Of a stretch of DNA of 64,000 nucleotides, positions 47,443-58,133 are shown piece by piece. The notes under the pieces were generated by a model. It made no database searches. It saw only the letters and a program-made list of their open reading frames with translations, and was not told the origin of the DNA. Positions within the stretch are counted from its first letter, which is position 1; each line of letters starts with the position of its first letter. The stretch spans positions 10,019 to 74,018 of the IMG/VR virus record IMGVR_UViG_3300035492_000103; one strand, given 5' to 3'. The translations under genes were made by a program, and so were the position numbers. The stretch comes from a virus.

Positions 47443-50046
47443 CTAGCCAAAGAAACTGTCTAGTGAAATAATCGGTTCATCTGACCAACTAATCGCAGAT
47501 AGGAATAGCCTTAGTGGTTGTAAGAAACAGGATTTAAAAACTGAATCCCTATCAACATATTGATCCAATCCAAATTCTGGTGGTAAATGGGTTGTAAAGC
47601 CTACAACAGGTTGATTAATAGGATTAGGCATCTTTAGTTCAATATACTTAATCTTACTACTACTTGTTATTTTCTCAATATTAGTTAAACCCTTTTTATC
47701 AACCAACCAGTTATGAACCAGTGCAGCACGAACGTGTTTAGGAGTACCCTTAGTACAAATTGCGACTGGATCAGAATATTTTTCTAAACCATTAACACCA
47801 CGAGGTGAAGCTATCTCACTAGGGGCAAATTTACCAAATTGACTCTGAACATATGAAACATATTCCTGTAAATCAACTTCTGATTTAGTCAAACATACTT
47901 CATATGCTTTCTTGAGATAACCTCTAGCCCATTCTGGATATGCAGATGCTTTAATTGCTTCTAAACCAACCATTTTCAGTTTTGGTTTTTCATATCTAAC
48001 ACCTTCAGAATCAATTACCATCATAGCATATTTTTTCTTTGCTACATAGATTGCAGAAGATGCTATAACTTCACGTTCCCATACCATCTTATTTTCAACT
48101 GCATTCATATAAGATGCTAATTCCAAACACCATTCTTTAATCTTAGGTTCAAGAATTGTTTTGTGGAATTCATCCAGTTTATTAGCAATTTCATCATCGG
48201 ATAAATGGTCAATCTTCATATATTTCACAACATCATCCAAACACAAATAAAGAGAATCTGTGTCTCCAGCTACCGTGCGACTAATTGATTTGTCCGTACC
48301 GAGTAACTCATTCAATAAATGATTAACCCTAACGTGAGTCCATTTATTAATTAACTGACCAGATAATGTAATTGATGCAGCATTCTGTAACAAATAGTAT
48401 AAAAATGAAGAATTTGCCACAGCACCATAGCCCCCATTCAAAACAATTTTCAACGATTGTTGAATATTATTATTCAATACTGCTATGGATTCTTGTTTCT
48501 TTAATTCGAATTGATCTGCTTTTTCTGCTTTGAGTTTTTCAACAACACTTTCTGCAGCCAACATACGCTTTTTATACATTTTTCTATCTGAGTACAAAAC
48601 ATCTTTGATTTCTGCAACACAACTTTTAATATCTCTACGATAGAATTCAAAAAATCCAGTCATACAAACATTATATTTCTGTAGAACAGATAAATCTACC
48701 CGCTTATGAACCAAATCATCCAATGTATATTTTGATTTCAGAAGTTTCAATTCTGGCGGAAGTTTGTCTACCGGAATATAAGTCTCTGGACCAATGTTAT
48801 ATTGAATTTCGTTCATAGGATAAAGTGAATTCAAGTCAATAGATAAAACCCATTGACAGTATCCTACTTGAGTTGGGTGTACAAAGGCACCCTCGAAAGG
48901 TTCATCTTTTGTATTAGCTACACGACGGAATGGAGGGACTTTACCTGTACTATACAAGTGTTTAGCAAGTAATTGTTCCCACATCTTTACCGTTCCGAGT
49001 GTGTCTACATAGTTCGATAACGAGTAATAAGCTATGATGTAGGTAATTGACAGGAATCCTAACTTATCATCTAAGTCCTTGATGATTCGAACGTCTGTTA
49101 TATTATATTCATAGAATTTTTGTGGATCTGTATGATACAGCTTTGATAATGTACCAGCTTCTTCATAACTGACTTTTGCTTTACCTAATTCGACGTGAGC
49201 AATGTAATCAAGTTTATATGATTCACGTGATTTGAAATTGTGTTTCTTGTACAGTTCAAGATAATCAATGTGTGGTGAACCGAAAATTTCAAATGTCACA
49301 GATTCTTGACCAAAATCATCATATCCCGATTTTTCTTTGATGATGCCGAAAGGTGAGATACTGTTATTCGTTTTATCTTCACCGATAAGTGAATAACATC
49401 GACGAATAATATAAGGTATATCGAATTTTTCTGAGTTCCAACCAGTTGTTACATCATAGTTAAATGTTTTAAAGTGATTTAACATATTATTTAACAGATC
49501 AATTTCATCTGTACATAACATATATTCAACTTTAAGGTCACCAACATATTCGTTTTGTTTGTTGTGGATATAAGGTTTATCGCCGAAACAATAATAGGTA
49601 TCAGTGAAAGTATCATAAAAGGTGATACCATTAATAGGCCATTTGGCTACAGATGGTTCGGGGAATTCATTTGGACTATCTACCTCGATGTCAAGATAAC
49701 CAACTCGAATCATATCTGGAGTAAAGTCGGGCATTTTGCCTTCATATAACTCAATTATGAATTGATTTGCATAGTTTGAATTACCATGAATTTCAAAACC
49801 TTCAACGTCTTTGTACATAGAAGCAAAATCTTTGGCTTCTCTGATACCGTTGAATGTTTTTCTTGTTAGAGGAAATCCATAAATCGAATTTGCATCACCT
49901 TCATCATTATCGCATCTGGTGAATAAACTTGGTTGGTAGAAATCAACTTGTTTTGAATACGACTTACCGTTTTTTCTGTATCTGAATAGAATTTTATTAC
50001 CATATTGTCTGTAATATGTATAAAGTGCGCCGTTTGCTAGGCTCAT
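47443..50046 (-). CDS. 43: Family B DNA polymerase (gp43)
   Basis: DIEV exo I, DLNSLYP, KIVLNGGYG, GDTDS, KKKYA. Confidence 0.97.
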   Translation of the reverse strand: MSLANGALYTYYRQYGNKILFRYRKNGKSYSKQVDFYQPSLFTRCDNDEGDANSIYGFPLTRKTFNGIREAKDFASMYKDVEGFEIHGNSNYANQFIIELYEGKMPDFTPDMIRVGYLDIEVDSPNEFPEPSVAKWPINGITFYDTFTDTYYCFGDKPYIHNKQNEYVGDLKVEYMLCTDEIDLLNNMLNHFKTFNYDVTTGWNSEKFDIPYIIRRCYSLIGEDKTNNSISPFGIIKEKSGYDDFGQESVTFEIFGSPHIDYLELYKKHNFKSRESYKLDYIAHVELGKAKVSYEEAGTLSKLYHTDPQKFYEYNITDVRIIKDLDDKLGFLSITYIIAYYSLSNYVDTLGTVKMWEQLLAKHLYSTGKVPPFRRVANTKDEPFEGAFVHPTQVGYCQWVLSIDLNSLYPMNEIQYNIGPETYIPVDKLPPELKLLKSKYTLDDLVHKRVDLSVLQKYNVCMTGFFEFYRRDIKSCVAEIKDVLYSDRKMYKKRMLAAESVVEKLKAEKADQFELKKQESIAVLNNNIQQSLKIVLNGGYGAVANSSFLYYLLQNAASITLSGQLINKWTHVRVNHLLNELLGTDKSISRTVAGDTDSLYLCLDDVVKYMKIDHLSDDEIANKLDEFHKTILEPKIKEWCLELASYMNAVENKMVWEREVIASSAIYVAKKKYAMMVIDSEGVRYEKPKLKMVGLEAIKASAYPEWARGYLKKAYEVCLTKSEVDLQEYVSYVQSQFGKFAPSEIASPRGVNGLEKYSDPVAICTKGTPKHVRAALVHNWLVDKKGLTNIEKITSSSKIKYIELKMPNPINQPVVGFTTHLPPEFGLDQYVDRDSVFKSCFLQPLRLFLSAISWSDEPIISLDSFFG

Positions 50047-50145
50047 TGAGGTACTCCTGAAACACTTGGTGGGATTTATATTCTAAAACACAAAGATGAG
50101 TTTGTCTAGCAAGGGAGTCCTAAAATTTAGAACTCCCTGTTGGGT

Positions 50146-50856
50146 TTAAACTTTAAAATTTGGTTCTGCGAATGTAGAAGGTTTCATGATTTTGCCTTGG
50201 CCATGATCATCACGGAAGACAATATACATTTTATCACCAGACTGAACAATAGAAGCCGCAACATTGTTCTTCTTGCGATGAATCTCAATCCAGCGACATT
50301 CTTGTTCAATTTGAGCTGGAGTCTGGTCTGTCAGTAACGGGAATTTACTCCAATTAGATTCCAGAATAGCATCAATTGCACCATATAGGTCAACATTCGG
50401 GTAAGCTAATCTCATTAATTCCAGAAGTCCTACCAATTCTTCTAAAATTTCATCACGGGGGTAAATCGTTTCATCGTCCATTTCCAGCAAATAATTTGCC
50501 ATATTCACAAGGTCTGTTACTTGACTAACCAATTGTGACCAATGGATTTTTTGAGTATCATCAATATAATTTGCATAATCATATTTGATTCGATTTAACA
50601 GTTCAGCAGTGATTTCTTGCTCTGGGTTACACAGAAAACAGAGATATGAATATGTTACTAGGATGTCACCTGTTCCGTCAAAGATTTCTTGTAGGTCTTT
50701 TGTTGCGATTGCTGCAATAGTCTCCATTGCTTCTTCTTCGACGTAGTCATTCTGTTTAACTTTTTTCTCATTAGAAAAATCATGGCTCCCATTCTGTGAA
50801 ACAAAATTCCAACGGATAACTTCATTAATCTGTTCTGCAAGTTTATTAAAATTCAT
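50146..50856 (-). CDS. MazG-like nucleotide pyrophosphohydrolase
   Basis: EEEAME...EIFDGTGD, ESNWSK, GKIMKP..F.EP. Confidence 0.7.
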   Translation of the reverse strand: MNFNKLAEQINEVIRWNFVSQNGSHDFSNEKKVKQNDYVEEEAMETIAAIATKDLQEIFDGTGDILVTYSYLCFLCNPEQEITAELLNRIKYDYANYIDDTQKIHWSQLVSQVTDLVNMANYLLEMDDETIYPRDEILEELVGLLELMRLAYPNVDLYGAIDAILESNWSKFPLLTDQTPAQIEQECRWIEIHRKKNNVAASIVQSGDKMYIVFRDDHGQGKIMKPSTFAEPNFKV

Positions 50857-50916
50857 TTATTTTCCTCTATGTAAAAAGGACGTACAAAATATACCTCCTT
50901 TGTTTGACAAACGATA

Positions 50917-51444
50917 TTACTTAACTTTTAAATTCAGTAATGCTTGTAGTGAATCAATTTGCTCGTTTGATAACTGAGCGGACGTGATCATTTTTACCAA
51001 AGCAACATAACTAACTGGTTGATCAGATACTTTAACTGGTTGCGGAATTTCCACTTCGCGAGGTTTCATATCCAATTCAACATTATCAAAAATTGTACTC
51101 TGAACTGCCACTGTATCTTTGACAACATAGTTTAAATGTGGATGAACAGTTAGTACATATTTGCCACAATGTGATTTAACTGTAAACTTATTGAAAGGAC
51201 GACCACTTTTAATCACTTCATAAAAGTGAGCCGCAATGATAGCTGCATCCAATTCTTGTAAAACAAAACCTTTAGAACGAATTGTTTTTGTTGTACCGGT
51301 ATAATCTTGAACAGATACAATCCAAATATCTTTACCGTGAGCAGATGGTGCTGTTGTGACACCCCAATATTTTGATTTACCGCGACCATTCACATAGCCA
51401 TATTGATCTTTTTTCAGAGATAATGTTTTAATTTTCCGTTCCAT
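50917..51444 (-). CDS. Hypothetical protein with possible AP2-like DNA-binding domain
   Basis: SKYWGVT...W.V.V...ELDAAIIA. Confidence 0.45.
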   Translation of the reverse strand: MERKIKTLSLKKDQYGYVNGRGKSKYWGVTTAPSAHGKDIWIVSVQDYTGTTKTIRSKGFVLQELDAAIIAAHFYEVIKSGRPFNKFTVKSHCGKYVLTVHPHLNYVVKDTVAVQSTIFDNVELDMKPREVEIPQPVKVSDQPVSYVALVKMITSAQLSNEQIDSLQALLNLKVK

Positions 51445-51463
51445 AATATTTCACCTCGCTACA

Positions 51464-51733
51464 TTAATTTAATTGATCAAACATAAATTCATTAACAATT
51501 TTCTTGTTTTCTAGGTATAATCCTAAACTGTTCTGACATTTTGTCAACAAAACTTTTTCGTCGAACTGTAAAGTTGTTGATTTTAATAAAAACTGCATCA
51601 GATTTTCCGCTGTAACATCATCACAATTGTGTAGAAAATCGAATGCAATGTTATCATAGGATGAATCTGATAAAGGTTGTAATTCGAGTGGATTTATCAT
51701 CCACAAAGATGTAGAAAGTAGTTTTGCAGACAT
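51464..51733 (-). CDS. Hypothetical protein
   Basis: 89 aa, GAGG RBS. Confidence 0.55.
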   Translation of the reverse strand: MSAKLLSTSLWMINPLELQPLSDSSYDNIAFDFLHNCDDVTAENLMQFLLKSTTLQFDEKVLLTKCQNSLGLYLENKKIVNEFMFDQLN

Positions 51734-51746
51734 AAATCACCTCTGT

Positions 51747-52829
51747 TCATATTGTAAATAGATTTACAGGCTTTTTGTTGCCTTTATAAATCTCTATTGT
51801 CTTATCAATAAGGTTATGTAGATTTTTAATCCATAAATCCTTACTATGCTTCTCTTTTGTCATTTGAGATAGTGCAAGTCTATCTATATTTCTGAGTTTG
51901 TCAACAGCTAATACAAATTCTTCTGTTTTAATTGAGCCTATTGTGGCGTAAAATTCTGAACTAGGAGCAATAGCTTGGGATGCATGTTCATATTTGTTTT
52001 CTGCATTATTTAACAAAATCACAGGAACACCGTGCGAAAATGCTTCCAATGCTGTTATACCCCAAGTTTCCCTTGCACAGGTAGAAAAATAAGCACCAGA
52101 TTCTGACAAATGTTTCAATACTTCTACGTGAGGTAGATTGTACAACACATGTCTAGGAGCTTGCCAGTGTTGATTGGATTCATAATATTTTTGGTTAGAT
52201 GGAGATAATTCTTGGCCAACAGCTGTTATCACCAGTGTATTCAGATTAGAGCTACCAGCACATTTGTGTAATAGGAATGGCTTTTTGCAAGCATCCATTC
52301 TACCTATTGTTATCACATCTCGTGCTATATTATTTGTAGGTTGTTCTAATCCAGAACAAAATGCAGAATTAATAAAACCTCCATTAAGAGTAAAAGGTCT
52401 ACCTAGAACTCTTTTGGACATTTCATCCATTCCTTTAAACTGCCACTGACTAACCATGGCCATTGTACCACCATTATCAACAAACTTCTGCATGAATTCC
52501 ATTTGGGGAATCTTGAAAATTCCACCTGATGCTGAATGGGTAATGTATAGAATTGGAACATCTATAATTTTTTGTAGATTTACTGTTAATGTAGCACTGT
52601 CTAAATTAACAATAACTATATCTGGTTGTTCATTATGAATAAAAGCAGCAAGTTGTTTTGTGACTACTCTAGCATCTCGTTCTTTGGTAGTATAATAGAA
52701 AGGAACAACTTCTGCATTTGCATGACGATAAATGAGTTGAATAAACCGTTCAATACCACCATAAACAGATTTTGCATCCAATTTATTACCGTCATAGATT
52801 AAAAATGGAACAACAATTTTCATATTCAA
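51747..52829 (-). CDS. GT-B (GT4-like) glycosyltransferase
   Basis: YGGIERF, IGRM...KKP, ETWGITALEAFSHGVPVI. Confidence 0.88.
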   Translation of the reverse strand: MNMKIVVPFLIYDGNKLDAKSVYGGIERFIQLIYRHANAEVVPFYYTTKERDARVVTKQLAAFIHNEQPDIVIVNLDSATLTVNLQKIIDVPILYITHSASGGIFKIPQMEFMQKFVDNGGTMAMVSQWQFKGMDEMSKRVLGRPFTLNGGFINSAFCSGLEQPTNNIARDVITIGRMDACKKPFLLHKCAGSSNLNTLVITAVGQELSPSNQKYYESNQHWQAPRHVLYNLPHVEVLKHLSESGAYFSTCARETWGITALEAFSHGVPVILLNNAENKYEHASQAIAPSSEFYATIGSIKTEEFVLAVDKLRNIDRLALSQMTKEKHSKDLWIKNLHNLIDKTIEIYKGNKKPVNLFTI

Positions 52830-52844
52830 ACTCCAAAAATAACA

Positions 52845-52881
52845 ATGGGAACATTTTAACCTATGTTCCCATGTTTGTAAA
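52845..52881 (-). promoter_or_regulatory. Hairpin-embedded promoter TTTACA-N17-TAAAAT
   Basis: IR atgggaaca/tgttcccat flanks -10 (52853-58). Confidence 0.6.
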
Positions 52882-52892
52882 CAAGAAAATTG

Positions 52893-53243
52893 TTAGTGAT
52901 TTTCTTTGTGATACCTACCATAGATACAATGTAGAAACTCATGACCAAGTGTCAACGTATGTTGATCATCAATCCTATTAGGTCTCACAATGAATAATTC
53001 GCAGAATGTATCATCTGGACTCATAATAGCCATACCTTCTAAGTTAGGGTCAATATCTCTATCTAACCTAACAGAAAGAGCTTTATGCATATCACGTTTA
53101 TTGTCGAAAACAAACGGGGTTGTTTGAATTTCGACATTTTCTCGATTCCATTCTGGTTCAATATTTGATTTTCTCGGTTCGCATCCAACTAATAGAACCA
53201 TCACAAAAATCAAAAATAACTTATTCACCAGAGGTACCATCAT
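52893..53243 (-). CDS. Putative lipoprotein with HExxH motif
   Basis: Lipobox LVGC; TLGHEFLHCIYGRYH. Confidence 0.65.
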   Translation of the reverse strand: MMVPLVNKLFLIFVMVLLVGCEPRKSNIEPEWNRENVEIQTTPFVFDNKRDMHKALSVRLDRDIDPNLEGMAIMSPDDTFCELFIVRPNRIDDQHTLTLGHEFLHCIYGRYHKENH

Positions 53244-53574
53244 CTTGAAGAGCTTCCCACTCACGCGTACCTTGAATGTCATCATTTGCCCAAGCATATG
53301 ATTCCATATCATATAGGTCATCTTCTTCAAAGTCAAATAACTCTAAAGCCATTTCAATTGCAACATCTTCATCTGGATATTCAACACTACCTAGTGGCTC
53401 ACCAGCTTCATCGTAAATATGCAGTTTTGTTCCACCGCTAACTGGGTTCCATTTTAACTCAAAATATTCAGCTTTTTCTAATTGCTCATCTGTGAATTGA
53501 GTTTGTTCTGATTCTAGGACCAAATCCAAATCTTCATTGATGTCAATAAATTCTTGTAATTGTAACAGTGACAT
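53221..53574 (-). CDS. Acidic hypothetical protein (late)
   Basis: TATAAATA at about 53607-14; very acidic. Confidence 0.6.
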   Translation of the reverse strand: MSLLQLQEFIDINEDLDLVLESEQTQFTDEQLEKAEYFELKWNPVSGGTKLHIYDEAGEPLGSVEYPDEDVAIEMALELFDFEEDDLYDMESYAWANDDIQGTREWEALQDDGTSGE

Positions 53575-53619
53575 ATTATTGCCTTTAATAGTTAATGAAC
53601 ACTAACTATTTATAGGTTT

Positions 53620-54267
53620 TTAAATCCAATCACAATCTTCAAGATCGGGTAAGTCTTGAGTACCATTTGCATATCTTAATACAGTTTGTAATAAAATTGC
53701 ATCTTTACAACAGTCATGAATAGCATTGTGTTTTACAAAACCATCAAATGTACCCCTTTCGACAGGGATTTTACGCACTTTAGGGTCAAGCATAGCATAT
53801 GTTAAAGCTGTGCGAATATCACGTTGATTATAGAAAGCACAAGGAAACATAGAGTAACCTAAAGACCAGGTATCAAATAATCTATGAGCCGCATCTGCAA
53901 GAATAGGAAAATCAAAAGACTGACCACGACAATATGCAATATCATATTTTAAACTGAACCGTTTCATTTCCAACCAGTTTTTCAAATCCATCAGAGCAAC
54001 TTGTAATGATACATCTTCATCAGATTTTTTTAAAATTTTCCTTGCTTCTGGTTCTTGTTTACTCCACCAATCAATAGTAGATTCAGAAACTGTTCTTCCT
54101 CCGTCTTGTGATAATACATCCAATTTACGATAGAAATGTCTGTTTGTATCAGCAACCAAATCAGAAAATTTGTCATTATCCTTTTCTTCAAATTTAACCA
54201 CGGCTATATCGAGTATCAAAGCAGTAGGTTTGTTATCTAATGTTTCTAAGTCAATTAAAATAGCCAT
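53620..54267 (-). CDS. dexA: DexA-like 3'-5' exonuclease
   Basis: IDLET, STIDWW, RGQSFDFPIL, HNAIHDC. Confidence 0.85.
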   Translation of the reverse strand: MAILIDLETLDNKPTALILDIAVVKFEEKDNDKFSDLVADTNRHFYRKLDVLSQDGGRTVSESTIDWWSKQEPEARKILKKSDEDVSLQVALMDLKNWLEMKRFSLKYDIAYCRGQSFDFPILADAAHRLFDTWSLGYSMFPCAFYNQRDIRTALTYAMLDPKVRKIPVERGTFDGFVKHNAIHDCCKDAILLQTVLRYANGTQDLPDLEDCDWI

Positions 54268-54269
54268 TG

Positions 54270-55004
54270 TTAAATCTCAACTATGAAATTAGGATTGTAT
54301 ACACCGGCACATTCACGTTTATAACCATGTTGGTTCGTATATACTGGTGTGTTATAGATTTGTTTTGCTACATTACCATGAGTATGGCCATAAATCCAAG
54401 CCTTAGGCTCAAGATAGAACAACTCCGGATATTCATTTTGAAAATAAGCAGTTATATCTGTGATTGGAAATCTTTGGTTTCCTAGACATAACAAAGGACT
54501 AAAATGAGTAATAACAACAGAATCTTTTGTTATGTTTTGCTCCAAAAATTCATATGCTTCTTTTGCAAGTTGCCTCATTTTATCCAAAGACATATCTCGA
54601 ATTAAACTAAAATCTGCAATACTTCGCCTAATGATATTACCATGAAAATCGTCATAATGTGAATTTACAGATTCCATGTTTGTCCATAGAGTAGAACCAA
54701 CAAAGTTTACACCTTGAATATCAATACTTCTATTATTCAAAACTTGAACATCGAACTTGTCGCAGATTTCGGTGAAATCATAATCAATGTGATTGTCATA
54801 ATATTCATGGTTACCAGGTACAAATAGAATAGGTTTATTTGGACAAACATCGCGTATGCTACCAAAACCATAATATTGGTTGTCAATGTCACCATCAACT
54901 ATATCACCAGCCAATATTAAAACATCGAAACTTTCGTCGAATAAAAATTGTTCTGGTAAATCCTGCATTTCCAGATGTAAATCCGAATGAACTGCTAGTC
55001 GCAT
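54270..55004 (-). CDS. Calcineurin-like metallophosphoesterase
   Basis: SDLHLE, AGDI, GNHEYY, THFSP, GHTH. Confidence 0.88.
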   Translation of the reverse strand: MRLAVHSDLHLEMQDLPEQFLFDESFDVLILAGDIVDGDIDNQYYGFGSIRDVCPNKPILFVPGNHEYYDNHIDYDFTEICDKFDVQVLNNRSIDIQGVNFVGSTLWTNMESVNSHYDDFHGNIIRRSIADFSLIRDMSLDKMRQLAKEAYEFLEQNITKDSVVITHFSPLLCLGNQRFPITDITAYFQNEYPELFYLEPKAWIYGHTHGNVAKQIYNTPVYTNQHGYKRECAGVYNPNFIVEI

Positions 55005-55213
55005 AAAATTTCCAAAATTTCTTGTGAATGATTCCGATATTCCCAGTAATTAGGGAAGATACTCTCAAATTCGTCATATCTCAAATCATCAGATGCCATT
55101 CTATGGCCATTAAAGAGAAAAAATGAGATTTCTTCATTTGAAAAGATCTGTTGTGACTGGTAATAGACGTGTAAGCCAGTAATTAATTCATTTGCTAAAG
55201 TTTTTGCATTCAT
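54995..55213 (-). CDS. Hypothetical protein
   Basis: Probable start MNAKT after GAGG leader. Confidence 0.5.
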   Translation of the reverse strand: MNAKTLANELITGLHVYYQSQQIFSNEEISFFLFNGHRMASDDLRYDEFESIFPNYWEYRNHSQEILEILCD

Positions 55214-55342
55214 GATATACCTCACTTGTTAATCACATTGTCGATAGGCGCAACTCCCATAATTGCTATTTCCTAGATACATATTCATAATAACAAAAAA
55301 GGACGGTGGTGTAAACCGTCCTTTGTAAAATTTATTGAATTT

Positions 55343-57799
55343 TTATTCTGGTTGAACTTCTAACTCAACTCCAAACTCTTCTGCGATATCCCTTAGTACA
55401 AATTCAGTCAAACCTAATTTGAACATAATATCATCAAGTGGTTCGGTTACTTCATTGATCCGCTGTAAGAATTTCTTATATTCTATAGGCAAAGATTCTA
55501 ACAGAGATTCCTTATCAACTACAGAGAATTTACCATACCACTTACCTAATGTTTCATCGTGACTTGTTTTACCGATTTGAACAACTTTATGGTCTTTACG
55601 ACACTTAATCATTGTACCACGATTCAAAATTAGTTCAAGTTCGGCTTTATGTTGTGAAGCCATAGAGATAAAAATACCTAAACATCTATCTAGGCGATCA
55701 ATCTCCATGAAAATCTTATTACCTTGATTTGAACCATCATTACCTAGATTTGGTAATGTTTCACCATCTTTACTCAAGTAAGTACCAAATTCATGTGGCT
55801 GAATTTTAGCAAAGTTATGAGCAATAGCAGATTTAACAGAAGTAGACGAATATGCACTCATTTCATAGACACCACCAGCATTCAGTTCGTCAATCTCTTG
55901 TCTTGAAATTGAGCCACCACGATAAACTTTTAGATGCTCCGGAAATCTAATACCATGATTGTCGAATAATTTATCAATATCTGATATTTGTTTTGTTACA
56001 TATTCTTTATAATTATCGTGCATACCATTTGGATTTGAATCACTATAAACTCCAAACCTTAGGTATTTGTTAATTTGTTTATAATCATTACCTGTATAAC
56101 CTTTCAATGCAGAAATACCTTTCACGCCAGATTTTATCTCTAATCCTGCTTTCTGTATTTCCTCTGCAACAATTTCACCCATTTTATTTGATAGACGTTC
56201 TACACTATTAATAGCTTTAACAACATATGAACGAGTTGTTTCTCTATCAACACCAGACAACATTTTACGCACACTTTCAAGTTTTTCTGTAATATCAACT
56301 ATAGAATATGAAGCGACATCCAATGTTAGAGGTCCAATCTCTACTTTTGTTATTGCTGCATAATAATCACTAGATAAAACTTCTGACTTAAACAGTTGAT
56401 CTTGAGTTGGTAAGTTTGCAATAGGTTTATTTGATAAATTAGCTGTACTATTCTTTTTATTAAATTCCGATTTCGCTGCTTCAAACTCCTTTTCGACTTC
56501 ATCAATAAAATCATATGAATAATTCAGATCAGATTTACTTAAAGTGACATAAGTTCCTTTGTGTTTGTCTGGTTCTATGATATAAGCATCTTTCATACCT
56601 TTGCTGTAACCGCTCATATTGTACATCTGAATATGTTCTTCGGTCACTTCTGCAACATCTGCAACTATGACACCAATATATCCTTTTTTAAATCTACTTG
56701 AACCAGAGTTAATTAAAGCTCGAACCCGTTTACCAACATTAGTTTTAACGGATTCAACATCTACATAAGAATCCTGTGGTTCAACTATACTACTTGTTGT
56801 AGTTTCTTCCGATTTAACTTCATCATTATTCTGTTTAAGGAAATTCTGAATTTTAATTTTTGCAGATTCAACATCAACACGTTTCATACCATATTCAAGA
56901 TCATCTTGGTAAATAATCATATTATCAACAACATCGGATTTTCCAGATGGATAATATAACCTTACACCTTCCATAGTGATTTTATTTGTGTTGAATGCTT
57001 TAGAGAATTCAATTTTCACCTTTGTTGCATAGACTCTAATAATTGAGCCTAACTCCAAGTATGGTGCACCTATAAATGAAGCAGTATGGGTTATTTCATA
57101 ATAACCATAGATATCAGGTAATTCATCAACTGTTTTTGGAGTTACTTCTGTATCAATTTCAACAGTTTCAGATTCTTCCGCTTCTGGTGATTTCTCTAGG
57201 CCGGATAACTTATAAAACATATCATTTGAAGTGATAGCAGTATAGTCAAAATCTTTACCATTAAATGCTGGATACGGACTTGCTTTGATTTCATAGAATA
57301 AGTCTACAATATTACCTGGTGCATCAGGATTAACACCTACCAAACTTAGACGTTTCTTTGGTTCAGATTTAAATGCACGTTTCATTGCACGTACAATTAA
57401 TGGAGCATATTTGCTGATACCTTTCTGTAAAGCCACAACATAACCAGATGATTTCATACCATCTTCTGTTGACTTATATGCTTCATAAATTCGTAAAAAT
57501 GTAACAAGAGCTTTTTTGAATGTAGATGGATCCATAGTTAAGTTCTGACTTGCTTTACCTACAGAACTTTTCTTATATGAAAACATGATTTGACGTGCAT
57601 GAATACCGTATTCTTTTGCTCTGCGGACACGGAACAAATATTCTTTACCAGATTCATTGGTAAATGTAGCTTCGAATGTAGTGATACCCTTCCATACCCA
57701 GTCAGAAGGATCTGTTATAGTAAAATCATAACCTTTAGCTGTTTTAAGGTTAAACATCTCTGTTAAAAATTCAACATCGCTCATAGAAAATAGACCCAT
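55343..57799 (-). CDS. alt: Alt-like ADP-ribosyltransferase
   Basis: YTG.DY..IN.YLR, VYRG, YSSTS, ELELILNRG (R-STS-E). Confidence 0.8.
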   Translation of the reverse strand: MGLFSMSDVEFLTEMFNLKTAKGYDFTITDPSDWVWKGITTFEATFTNESGKEYLFRVRRAKEYGIHARQIMFSYKKSSVGKASQNLTMDPSTFKKALVTFLRIYEAYKSTEDGMKSSGYVVALQKGISKYAPLIVRAMKRAFKSEPKKRLSLVGVNPDAPGNIVDLFYEIKASPYPAFNGKDFDYTAITSNDMFYKLSGLEKSPEAEESETVEIDTEVTPKTVDELPDIYGYYEITHTASFIGAPYLELGSIIRVYATKVKIEFSKAFNTNKITMEGVRLYYPSGKSDVVDNMIIYQDDLEYGMKRVDVESAKIKIQNFLKQNNDEVKSEETTTSSIVEPQDSYVDVESVKTNVGKRVRALINSGSSRFKKGYIGVIVADVAEVTEEHIQMYNMSGYSKGMKDAYIIEPDKHKGTYVTLSKSDLNYSYDFIDEVEKEFEAAKSEFNKKNSTANLSNKPIANLPTQDQLFKSEVLSSDYYAAITKVEIGPLTLDVASYSIVDITEKLESVRKMLSGVDRETTRSYVVKAINSVERLSNKMGEIVAEEIQKAGLEIKSGVKGISALKGYTGNDYKQINKYLRFGVYSDSNPNGMHDNYKEYVTKQISDIDKLFDNHGIRFPEHLKVYRGGSISRQEIDELNAGGVYEMSAYSSTSVKSAIAHNFAKIQPHEFGTYLSKDGETLPNLGNDGSNQGNKIFMEIDRLDRCLGIFISMASQHKAELELILNRGTMIKCRKDHKVVQIGKTSHDETLGKWYGKFSVVDKESLLESLPIEYKKFLQRINEVTEPLDDIMFKLGLTEFVLRDIAEEFGVELEVQPE

Positions 57800-57835
57800 T
57801 AAAGTTATTAATCAGTAATAGGTCTATTTAGTTTG

Positions 57836-58072
57836 TTATATAAACTGTAGATAATCTGTAGGACTAACTTTTATTGTTCCAAATTTACCAGGTTTTTGAA
57901 TTTCATTTATCTTCCGCTCGATTTTCTCACATTGGACAAGATTCAAAGAAGTAATTTGTTCTAACACTTCTGATGCCAAGATAGCATTCTGCTGTTCATA
58001 AACCTTTGGAGAATATTCATTATCAGAAATAAATTGTTTAAGAGTTTCAATTAGGCGAGTCTTTGCAGTCAT
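57836..58072 (-). CDS. Hypothetical early protein
   Basis: Preceded by promoter cassette 58073-58136. Confidence 0.6.
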   Translation of the reverse strand: MTAKTRLIETLKQFISDNEYSPKVYEQQNAILASEVLEQITSLNLVQCEKIERKINEIQKPGKFGTIKVSPTDYLQFI

Positions 58073-58133
58073 AATATAAATTCCTTCACGATGTTTAGTT
58101 GGAACCGATTATAACAACCGGTTCCAATCTTGT

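Noticed and set aside
43510-50046. Inteins or introns in gp41, UvsX, gp43
   Set aside because: Lengths and motif spacing are canonical; no Cys/His-Asn splice junctions seen.
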